39,958 nucleotides of DNA, from the IMG/VR virus record IMGVR_UViG_3300042906_000754, positions 1 through 39,958 of that record, one strand, 5' to 3'. Within the stretch, counting starts at the first letter, position 1. Each line of letters opens with the position of its first letter. Position numbers and translations under genes: made by a program. Source of the DNA: a virus. Lineage: Duplodnaviria > Caudoviricetes. Shown in pieces: positions 8,411 to 15,098 of this stretch. The notes beneath the pieces were generated by a model. The model ran no database searches. It saw only the letters and a list, made by a program, of their open reading frames with translations, and was not told the origin of the DNA.

Positions 8411-8624
8411 CACGATCAGGCTGGACCCGGACCACGTCGTCTATGTGGACGACACCGGGTTTCTGGACAGGATCGAGACCGGCTTTGCGCTGATCTATCG
8501 GGGGCGCCGGATTGAGTGGGCAGGCTCCGGCCTGCTTGCCGGCTGCTCCTACGGTCAGAACGCTCCCATCACACTGGACTTGCCAGAATTGAAGATAGAT
8601 GTTTTGAAATTCAAATATGAGTGA
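8289..8624 (+). CDS. Conserved hypothetical phage protein (DUF3846-like)
   Basis: L..L..LL....ID......VVYVDD.G...AG.GLLAG pattern. Confidence 0.6.
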   Translation: MIAFANSTAILFDHNTEMVKPVEFDGELESLRTLLKIPCIDTIRLDPDHVVYVDDTGFLDRIETGFALIYRGRRIEWAGSGLLAGCSYGQNAPITLDLPELKIDVLKFKYE

Positions 8625-9171
8625 AGCACCAAAGAAGAAAAAGAAACCGGTGTACCGCAGTCCCGAGGCCCGGGCCCGTCAGCTTGCCGGGCTCTCCGGG
8701 GTCAAGATCGCAGACCACGTCCAGCTCGAGCCTGGGGTCGTGATCGAGAAGGTGAATGGCAAGGGGATGCTGGCCAGTATCCCGGAGGAGTCACGGAAGC
8801 TGGTCATAGACCTGTACTGCCAAGGCAACAACCTGGCTGCCATTGAGGAGCGTACAGGGCTCACCAAGGGCACGATCACGATGATCCGGGATCATGCGCT
8901 GGACCACGACAGCCAGTTCCGGGACACGATGTATCATCAGAGCCTCAAGCAGAAGATGCAGAGGGTCGTCGCTGGCGCCGCGGACCGGGTCTCCGAGCTC
9001 ATGCCGGAGATGAGTGCCAAGGACGCTGTGTTGGCGCTGGGCATCAGCACGGACAAGCTGCTGGCGCTCGAGCGGAACAAGGGCCCGGAGAGCCTGCACC
9101 AGCATGTTCACGTCCACACGACCGCGGAGGTTGGGGACGCTTTCATGCAAGCAATGAAGCCGAAAAACTAA
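8617..9171 (+). CDS. HTH protein, candidate terminase small subunit
   Basis: HTH (VIDLYCQGNNLAAIEERTGLTKGTI) followed by helices and LGISTDKLLAL. No other TerS candidate is adjacent to TerL. Confidence 0.45.
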   Translation: MSEAPKKKKKPVYRSPEARARQLAGLSGVKIADHVQLEPGVVIEKVNGKGMLASIPEESRKLVIDLYCQGNNLAAIEERTGLTKGTITMIRDHALDHDSQFRDTMYHQSLKQKMQRVVAGAADRVSELMPEMSAKDAVLALGISTDKLLALERNKGPESLHQHVHVHTTAEVGDAFMQAMKPKN

Positions 9172-9173
9172 AA

Positions 9174-10337
9174 ATGTGGATACTACCGAAACAATTACAC
9201 ACCTCGGCCTATGTGCTGGATACGGAGGCATCGAACTTGGACTTAAACGAGTCCTCCCAAATCTGCGCTCAGTCGCTCTTTGTGAGATCGAAGCCTTCGC
9301 CATTGCGAACCTGGTTGCAAAAATGGAAGCGGGACTCATGGACCCAGCACCTATTTGGACGGATCTTAAAACCTTCCCATGGGACAGCTTTCGTGACCGC
9401 GTGGACATTCTTACTGGAGGCTACCCCTGTCAGCCATTCAGTTCCGCTGGACTCAGAAAAGGATCAGACGATCCCCGTCACCTCTGGCCTTACATCCGAG
9501 ACGGAATCAGAAGGATGGCTCCCCGGCTTTGCTTCTTCGAGAATGTCGAAGGACATATCACTCTCGGACTCCGAGAGGTTATTGCAGAACTGGAAGAGCT
9601 TGGTTATCAAACGGCGTGGGGAATATTCAGCGCGGCTGAATGCGGCGCGCCTCATCAGAGAAAGCGAGTGTTTGTCTTGGCCGTCGCCAGTGGCTTCGGA
9701 GGTGCGGCAGGGCTTTCAGGACAGATCGCGTGGCATGAAGGGCAGTCAGGAATCATTGACGACTGTGGTGATCAAAGATGGCCTAGCCGCCCAGGGCAAC
9801 CACAGCACGCATGGGAGCCGCCCAGAGTCGTGGGCAACGCCGAGAGCGGAGATGGACAGTGGAGCACACAGGGGGAAGCCGGACACGCTGCACAGCCAGA
9901 TCAAGGTATGGGCAACACCCGAGGGAATGGCTGGAGGCAAGACCAGCAGGGGCGGGAATCGAAAGGGCGAGTTGCTGCTGACGGGGCAGGTGAAACAGGA
10001 TGCCAGCGGCAAATTGAACCCGCGCTGGGTGGAGACTCTCATGGGACTTCCGGTGGGCTGGACGATGCCATCGTGTTCGCAGCCGATTGTAGACCCTGCG
10101 AATGCTGTGATGATGTCATCTGCTGGAAGTGTGGAGGACACTACGCAGACTGCCCATGCCTTGGACCAAATAGCAGTGATGACTGACAATCGCACCGACG
10201 AGTTGCGCCTCCTCGGAAACGGAGTAGTGCCGGCAACGGCTGAGAAAGCGTTTAGAACACTGATAAATGACCTACACAAAGATCGGCGCACTGCTGGCAC
10301 ACCGGTACATCTGGGTGGACAGCCGGCACACCCATGA
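9174..10337 (+). CDS. Overlapping alternative-frame methyltransferase polypeptide carrying motifs IX-X
   Basis: 387-codon open frame starting 2 nt before the catalytic ORF. W(P/A)(S/T)P repeats, LNPRWVETLMGLPVGWT (IX-like), LRLLGNGVVP (X). Confidence 0.7.
   Translation: MWILPKQLHTSAYVLDTEASNLDLNESSQICAQSLFVRSKPSPLRTWLQKWKRDSWTQHLFGRILKPSHGTAFVTAWTFLLEATPVSHSVPLDSEKDQTIPVTSGLTSETESEGWLPGFASSRMSKDISLSDSERLLQNWKSLVIKRRGEYSARLNAARLIRESECLSWPSPVASEVRQGFQDRSRGMKGSQESLTTVVIKDGLAAQGNHSTHGSRPESWATPRAEMDSGAHRGKPDTLHSQIKVWATPEGMAGGKTSRGGNRKGELLLTGQVKQDASGKLNPRWVETLMGLPVGWTMPSCSQPIVDPANAVMMSSAGSVEDTTQTAHALDQIAVMTDNRTDELRLLGNGVVPATAEKAFRTLINDLHKDRRTAGTPVHLGGQPAHP
9176..10186 (+). CDS. C5-cytosine DNA methyltransferase, catalytic part (motifs I-VIII)
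   Basis: LCAGYGG (I), GGYPCQPFS (IV), FENVEG (VI), HQRKRVF (VIII). Motifs IX/X are absent from this frame. Confidence 0.85.
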   Translation: MDTTETITHLGLCAGYGGIELGLKRVLPNLRSVALCEIEAFAIANLVAKMEAGLMDPAPIWTDLKTFPWDSFRDRVDILTGGYPCQPFSSAGLRKGSDDPRHLWPYIRDGIRRMAPRLCFFENVEGHITLGLREVIAELEELGYQTAWGIFSAAECGAPHQRKRVFVLAVASGFGGAAGLSGQIAWHEGQSGIIDDCGDQRWPSRPGQPQHAWEPPRVVGNAESGDGQWSTQGEAGHAAQPDQGMGNTRGNGWRQDQQGRESKGRVAADGAGETGCQRQIEPALGGDSHGTSGGLDDAIVFAADCRPCECCDDVICWKCGGHYADCPCLGPNSSDD

Positions 10338-10815
10338 GGAGCCCTGTGGCCTCGTGGAGGCCATGTGGGTGGGCCTAACGGCCATCCCTGGTCGGGCTTG
10401 GGGGATCAACGTCATCCTGCGTGACGGGGGCGCCTTGTACCGGAACATCCCTCCGGACGGTGTAGCCTTCCGGGAGGACGCGGAGAATGATTGGATCATC
10501 AGCGAAGCCCAGCTATGGGACTGTTACAGCTACCACTTCTCCGTGCTCCAGAACCCCATCCTCCGCGGCATGGAGGTCACTGTGAAGGTCGAGGACAGGA
10601 TCCTGCACGGCGAGTACCTGTTCTCCGTCACCCACCTGCACGACGGCTGGTCTGACGCTCCGGAGCAGGACAAGGAGTTCATCTTCGTGCAACTCAACAA
10701 CGGCCGGCTGACGATCCAGCCCACCAACCGGGTGAGGTTCATCGACCCGAGCTTCATCACAGACACATTGCCAAAACTTAAACTGCAAACTACTGTATTC
10801 AGTTGCGAAAAATGA
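10267..10815 (+). CDS. Conserved hypothetical phage protein (182 aa)
   Basis: GC3-rich ORF with QLWDCYSY, EYLFSV and QPTNRVRF motifs familiar from environmental phages. Confidence 0.7.
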   Translation: MTYTKIGALLAHRYIWVDSRHTHEEPCGLVEAMWVGLTAIPGRAWGINVILRDGGALYRNIPPDGVAFREDAENDWIISEAQLWDCYSYHFSVLQNPILRGMEVTVKVEDRILHGEYLFSVTHLHDGWSDAPEQDKEFIFVQLNNGRLTIQPTNRVRFIDPSFITDTLPKLKLQTTVFSCEK

Positions 10816-11054
10816 AATCAAAAAAACTACCAGTGCCAGTTAACTGGGCTAGACCGAACTGGCATCACGCCGCTGCCGGGATTCGCTGCCGGGCAGACTG
10901 GAAGGGTGCTCAAGTGTACCCCACCGAGGTTGGTTGGATCATCGCGTACACCGAGGCGCACGCCAACGACAAGGCCGCGGAGGTTCTGCTTGACCGTGAA
11001 TCCGAGGACGAGAGAATGGAAGCGCAGGCCCAGCTTTGGGAAACAGCCGAATAA
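10812..11054 (+). CDS. Hypothetical protein
   Basis: ATGA-coupled ORF. Confidence 0.55.
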   Translation: MKSKKLPVPVNWARPNWHHAAAGIRCRADWKGAQVYPTEVGWIIAYTEAHANDKAAEVLLDRESEDERMEAQAQLWETAE

Positions 11055-11058
11055 CTTT

Positions 11059-11349
11059 ATGTCAGAAACCAACACAACAATGGAACCCGTAACCGAAACC
11101 AAAATCCGCAAGCCACGCGCCAAGAAGGCCCCGGCCCCTCACATTGCAGAGGTTAAGAAGGCCGTCAGCACGGCGCTGCGTGCCGAGTGGCTATTGCAGC
11201 GTGCCATCGCACAGCATGCCAAGCTGGTGACTGAAGGGGTGCGTAACATCGGCATACTGATCACCGCCGCCCGTGAGTCCTGGACCGTAGTGCAGGTCAA
11301 GGCCGCTGACTGTGCTGTCGCTCACATCCGTGAAGACGATTCTAAGTGA
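11059..11349 (+). CDS. Hypothetical protein (basic N-terminus)
   Basis: ATG 4 nt after the previous stop; MSETNTTMEPVTETKIRKPRAKK. Confidence 0.55.
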   Translation: MSETNTTMEPVTETKIRKPRAKKAPAPHIAEVKKAVSTALRAEWLLQRAIAQHAKLVTEGVRNIGILITAARESWTVVQVKAADCAVAHIREDDSK

Positions 11350-11566
11350 GGATGGCTACATCGCGCAGGTATCAGATGATTCCACCTGTGTGGTGCACCG
11401 GATAGGCGAACTCCCCAACGGACAGGTGCTAAACACCCATGTGGGCGAGAAGTTGCCAAGCCAGGACTGGCGTGAGGTGCAGCTGATGGGCTGCCCGCAC
11501 GAGGTCCGGATGAAGATCATCCAGGCTTGGAAAGAAAACACTTGCCAAGCAAGCAGCAACAACTAA
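11330..11566 (+). CDS. Hypothetical protein
   Basis: GTG start overlapping the previous gene; last ORF before a terminator. Confidence 0.5.
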   Translation: MKTILSEDGYIAQVSDDSTCVVHRIGELPNGQVLNTHVGEKLPSQDWREVQLMGCPHEVRMKIIQAWKENTCQASSNN

Positions 11567-11610
11567 CCTGCCAGTACATAGCTGCCATATACGCGGTGGC
11601 AGCATCTAAA

Positions 11611-11648
11611 AGGGCTGGCTCTGGAAACGGGGTCAGCCCTTCGCTTTT
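11611..11648 (+). terminator. Intrinsic terminator of the replication operon
   Basis: AGGGCTGGCTCTG-GAAA-CGGGGTCAGCCCT then TCGCTTTT. A second hairpin GCTGCCA/TGGCAGC precedes it at 11581-11603. Confidence 0.7.
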
Positions 11649-11650
11649 GG

Positions 11651-11720
11651 AAATCCAAAATCAAATTCAAAAATCAAAATTAAAATTCAAAAATGGAATT
11701 CAAAATTGAAATTCAAATTA
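11651..11720. repeat. Degenerate tandem A3-5T1-2C (AAATTC-like) array, about 11 units
   Basis: aaatccaaaatcaaattcaaaaatcaaaattaaaattcaaaaatggaattcaaaattgaaattcaaatta. Confidence 0.85.
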
Positions 11721-11935
11721 GGGTCATACCAGTGGAATCGGGGGCGCAGACCACAGACGCCTGGGTCGAGCACTGCCGGGTCATCGGGGCCAAAGGGGGC
11801 GCCAGTACGAGTGAGGCGAAGCGCCTGGCCGCTCGAGCCAACGCCCGGCAGCCGCGGCCAGCAGCTCGTCGGAGGAACGCAGAGAAGAGGGCGGAGCGAG
11901 CGCGAAAAAGTGAGGGTGGCGCAAAAAAAGATTAA
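11693..11935 (+). CDS. Small basic protein with KGG-like motif
   Basis: IGAKGGASTSEAKRLAARANA resembles the phage GxKGG.S.SEAK..AAR.N family. Start is uncertain because it lies in the AAATTC tract. Confidence 0.5.
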   Translation: MEFKIEIQIRVIPVESGAQTTDAWVEHCRVIGAKGGASTSEAKRLAARANARQPRPAARRRNAEKRAERARKSEGGAKKD

Positions 11936-11960
11936 AGCCGGGTTCGGAGCGTGCCGACTG
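11921..11960 (+). promoter_or_regulatory. sigma28/FliA-like promoter 2
   Basis: GCAAAAAAAGATTAAAG (TAAAG 11933-11937), 16 nt, CCGA 11954-11957 in the context GCCGACTG. Confidence 0.6.
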
Positions 11961-12005
11961 TATGGGCAGCCGCAAGTCCGCGGTGTCTTAACTCGAATAA
12001 ACTCT

Positions 12006-12212
12006 ATGAACACAATCCTGAAATCCTACGACATCACGGCTCGTCTACCCATGACGACCGAGGCCCGCAATGCTGGCGCAACTGGCCGCACGCACTGGTG
12101 GGCGCTGGCTGGCCGAGTTAACGCAACAAGCAAGCGTGCAGCTTGCGCCAAATTCCGCCGCTCGGAACAGATGCCAGCCGCAGCCGACAAACTCCGCGCC
12201 TTTGGCCGCTAA
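12006..12212 (+). CDS. Small hypothetical protein (68 aa)
   Basis: ATG about 50 nt after promoter 2; MNTILKSYDITARL... Confidence 0.55.
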   Translation: MNTILKSYDITARLPMTTEARNAGATGRTHWWALAGRVNATSKRAACAKFRRSEQMPAAADKLRAFGR

Positions 12213-12222
12213 CAACACCACC

Positions 12223-12390
12223 ATGAAACACGCTACCACACTGCTTTGCTGCGTATACTTGGCGAAGAAATACGACCGGGACTGGAAGTCGAGCATACGC
12301 CTGCAACTGCGTTGCCAGACACTGTACCCGCACGGCCTCTGGCAGCAGGGTAACAGGGCCAAGCGAAGGATGGCAGCCCTGGGGCAGTAA
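12223..12390 (+). CDS. Small hypothetical protein (55 aa)
   Basis: A/C-rich leader aacaacaccaccATG; ends just before a terminator. Confidence 0.45.
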   Translation: MKHATTLLCCVYLAKKYDRDWKSSIRLQLRCQTLYPHGLWQQGNRAKRRMAALGQ

Positions 12391-12406
12391 GGGCAGCCAA
12401 ACACGA

Positions 12407-12443
12407 GAGCCGGTCTCAGCAATGGGATCGGCTTTTCTGTTTT
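12407..12443 (+). terminator. Intrinsic terminator
   Basis: GAGCCGGTCTCA-GCAA-TGGGATCGGCTT then TTCTGTTTT. Confidence 0.75.
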
Positions 12444-12473
12444 CAAATTCAAATTCGAAATTCAAATTCAAAA
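12444..12473. repeat. Second AAATTC array (4 units)
   Basis: caaattcaaattcgaaattcaaattcaaaa, immediately after the terminator. Confidence 0.85.
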
Positions 12474-12723
12474 CGTGTGCCTATGCACCGCGGGCGCCGT
12501 GACACGGTAGCCGGCGGCCGGTTGCCCAGTTGCCCTGGCCAGCTCGCCGGGTGCATAGGTGAACAGGTTTGCATGTATCGGGAAGCGTGCATCCGGAAAC
12601 ATGCAAGGCAAAGCAGGCACAGGAAAGCGTGAATACGGATGCATGCATAGGGAAGCAGGTGAGGGAATGCATGAAAACGGGTTCACCCTTTGCGTAGGGG
12701 TGCATACCAGGCAAAGCGGGCGC

Positions 12724-12764
12724 GCAAAAAAAACGTTAAAGGAGAGTAGCTCTAGAGCCGATGC
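12724..12764 (+). promoter_or_regulatory. sigma28/FliA-like promoter 3
   Basis: GCAAAAAAAACGTTAAAG (TAAAG 12737-12741), 16 nt, CCGA 12758-12761 in the context GCCGATGC. Confidence 0.65.
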
Positions 12765-12806
12765 AAGGGTGCGCCCATATTCCATGGTCGCCTAACTACT
12801 GAATAC

Positions 12807-13445
12807 ATGAAACACCTAGTCGACACCCTCCCGCCCGCGCCTTTTAGCCTTAGCGCGCCTAGTAAAATGCCTTGCCGAAGCTTTAGTTTGCCCCTAAGCG
12901 TCTGTAAGGTCGGAGGAAAGCTGGCCAAGCAACCCGGAACAATCTGCGCAGAGTGCTACGCGGCCGAAGGAAACTACCGTTTTGGGAATGTACAGCGCTC
13001 CTTGGATGCTCGCCTAAGCGCTTTTGAACGGCCGTCTTTCGTCTCTGAAATCACGGAGAAAATCCGGAGAGAGGAAAAGTCTGGTTTCTTCCGTTGGTTC
13101 GATAGTGGCGACATTCCACACTGGAAAGGCCTTCTGAAGATAGTGCAGGTCGCGCTTGCATTGCCATCGGTCCGTTTTTGGCTCCCGACTAAGGAGTACG
13201 CTTTGATTCAACGCTACGCTGAGACCATAGGCGCCTTTCCGGATAACCTTACGGTCCGTCTCTCTGCTTACATCGTCGACGGACCCGCCCCTGCGGCGCT
13301 GGCAGCCCGTCTTGGGGTTGTAACAAGCACGGTAACAAGCAAGGCAGAGAGCGCCATATGCCCGGCGCCGGCGCAGGGGAATAAGTGTGCAGAGTGCCGC
13401 GCTTGTTGGTTGTCTAGTTCGAACGTAGCTTATCTTCTGCACTAA
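12807..13445 (+). CDS. GP88-like Cys-rich (probable Fe-S) phage protein
   Basis: SKMP..SFSLP...C...C..CYA, FRWFDSGDI, FWLPTKE, P.NLTVRLS, CPA....KC.ECRACW. Confidence 0.8.
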   Translation: MKHLVDTLPPAPFSLSAPSKMPCRSFSLPLSVCKVGGKLAKQPGTICAECYAAEGNYRFGNVQRSLDARLSAFERPSFVSEITEKIRREEKSGFFRWFDSGDIPHWKGLLKIVQVALALPSVRFWLPTKEYALIQRYAETIGAFPDNLTVRLSAYIVDGPAPAALAARLGVVTSTVTSKAESAICPAPAQGNKCAECRACWLSSSNVAYLLH

Positions 13446-13447
13446 GT

Positions 13448-13597
13448 ATGACACCTTTTATGATCCGCTTGTGTTGTGTCGGGCTCCTTTGCTTGGATGC
13501 TGCCATGGTTTGTTGGGAGCCTGCCGTTTCTCTGGCCCTTTGGATGCCGGCATCCATGGCGCTTATGCTGGCCTTCGAAGGGGAGGAAATAAGGTGA
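13448..13597 (+). CDS. Small hydrophobic (membrane) protein, 49 aa
   Basis: Translated by hand: MTPFMIRLCCVGLLCLDAAMVCWEPAVSLALWMPASMALMLAFEGEEIR; starts 2 nt after the GP88-like stop. Confidence 0.45.
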   Translation: MTPFMIRLCCVGLLCLDAAMVCWEPAVSLALWMPASMALMLAFEGEEIR

Positions 13598-13681
13598 GTG
13601 ACCGGTTGTTGGAAGCGCTGACGCTGTATCTCATGCTGCGGATTTTCTTCAGAGACTAAGGCAAAGACAGAGCAGGCTTGC

Positions 13682-13714
13682 AAGGGGACGTTTCCTTCGG
13701 GGGACGTCCCTTTT
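13682..13714 (+). terminator. Intrinsic terminator with cUUCGg loop
   Basis: AAGGGGACGTTTCC-TTCG-GGGGACGTCCCTTTT. Confidence 0.75.
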
Positions 13715-14040
13715 GCGTGCCCGGATGCGAAGGGCGGAGAGCAGGCGGAGAGGCAAAGGCGAGAAAGCCGATAAGGAAAAGGGGAATTGCTCAGGGGATG
13801 CGTCGCCAGAGGAAGCACGCCGAAGCACCGCCCGCACGCCCGCGGAACGCCCGCGGAGCGCACCCGCGGCGCCTCCGGAGGACGCCCAGGGCGAGCTCGT
13901 CCACGCTGACGTCCAGGCCGGTTGCGGTCCCAAAGGGGGGGAGGGGGTCCGAATCCCGCGGCTGAGCTGACACGCGACGAGTCCCCGCCCCTGAAATTTT
14001 TTCTCCGCAACCGGGCCCTCCGCACTGCGCACTCCGCACC

Positions 14041-14069
14041 TTGACGCGCCCCCTGCACTGCGCTAGCGT
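14041..14069 (+). promoter_or_regulatory. sigma70-like promoter candidate upstream of the packaging/structural genes
   Basis: TTGACG-N17-TAGCGT. Confidence 0.45.
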
Positions 14070-14227
14070 CCTGCCGGGCTAGTTCAGGGACAAGGCGTGA
14101 GCGATACCGCTCCTGCGGGTCCGGAGCCAACTCCTTCACCTTTGCGGGTGGCGGACGGTGCCGGGCAGGCAGCCGGTCTGCGTGTTGCGGACTGGGCGCC
14201 TTGAATTGGCCTTAATATATTTAAGAT

Positions 14228-14641
14228 ATGGCTTTTACAGTTTCAGAGAAGTTGGTTATGGCGCGTGACGGTGCGTCATATGACGTCAGCAAGTACACGG
14301 AAGGCGTGGACTATGTTTCGAGGAGGGCGTTTAAGGGTGTACGCAGGATGTTCAGGAAGGGCTTTCTCGAGGCCGAGGAGCCTGCCAGCGAGGCAGAGCA
14401 GGATCATGTTGGTGAGCCCGCCGAAATGGTCATCCGGGTGGAGGCGCCCATCGTGGAGCGGCCGGCCAACTTGGATGGCAACGTGAGGACGGCACGGGTC
14501 GTGAGGAAGTATACCAACCAGCGTTTTGTGGAGACGGACACTTTGGGAAGAGTGTTTGTCGGAGAGAAGGGTAACATGATCAAGTTACAGCAACTCATAA
14601 ACGTGAAGGATGGCGTTCTTTACCTTCACAATCGTACTTAA
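14228..14641 (+). CDS. Hypothetical protein (137 aa)
   Basis: Clean ORF after an AT-rich palindrome; no recognisable family. Confidence 0.6.
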   Translation: MAFTVSEKLVMARDGASYDVSKYTEGVDYVSRRAFKGVRRMFRKGFLEAEEPASEAEQDHVGEPAEMVIRVEAPIVERPANLDGNVRTARVVRKYTNQRFVETDTLGRVFVGEKGNMIKLQQLINVKDGVLYLHNRT

Positions 14642-15098
14642 CCACTAAGGACGATCTTAACCTGTACTTGACGTTGACTTCGCTGTTACCCCTTCGGGCC
14701 GTCGGCCCGACCCTTCGGGGTAACCCCGAAGAGAAGCTCATGCTTCCGGTAAGCTGGAACCCGGAGCCTGAGCATAGTACCCCCAAGACTCAGTGTTAGC
14801 CACTTAGAATTGGGGGATATGCTCAAGTTGAAGCGTACACACTTCCGTTTAAGTGTCACCGTCGCGTCGCATTCACAGTCACTGAGATCATGGCTACCCG
14901 TTCAAATTCTCATTGGCTCTTTCGCGGCCAGACTGTGCAGCACTCACTGGCTCTTCGACGCCAGCGATTTTTAATCTCGGTCCAGAGGGATACCGAGAAC
15001 CATGTCTTCACCAGTGGCTCCAGTGTTTCAGGTTGACCAGGGGCTACGCGGCCTCCTTATGTTAGGAGACAGGACGAACATCCCAAAAGAATCCGAAC

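Noticed and set aside
13766-13774. GCCGATAA perfect sigma28 -10 box
   Set aside because: No TAAA at the proper upstream distance and no downstream gene.
13414-14139. ORFs on either strand in the GC-rich stretch
   Set aside because: Low-complexity R/A/P/G translations crossing a terminator and repeats; likely non-coding.
14642-15098. Group I intron or HEARO/omegaRNA
   Set aside because: Only short look-alike words (GTTGACCAG, AGACTCAG); no P7 core, no interrupted gene and no IscB/HNH ORF.
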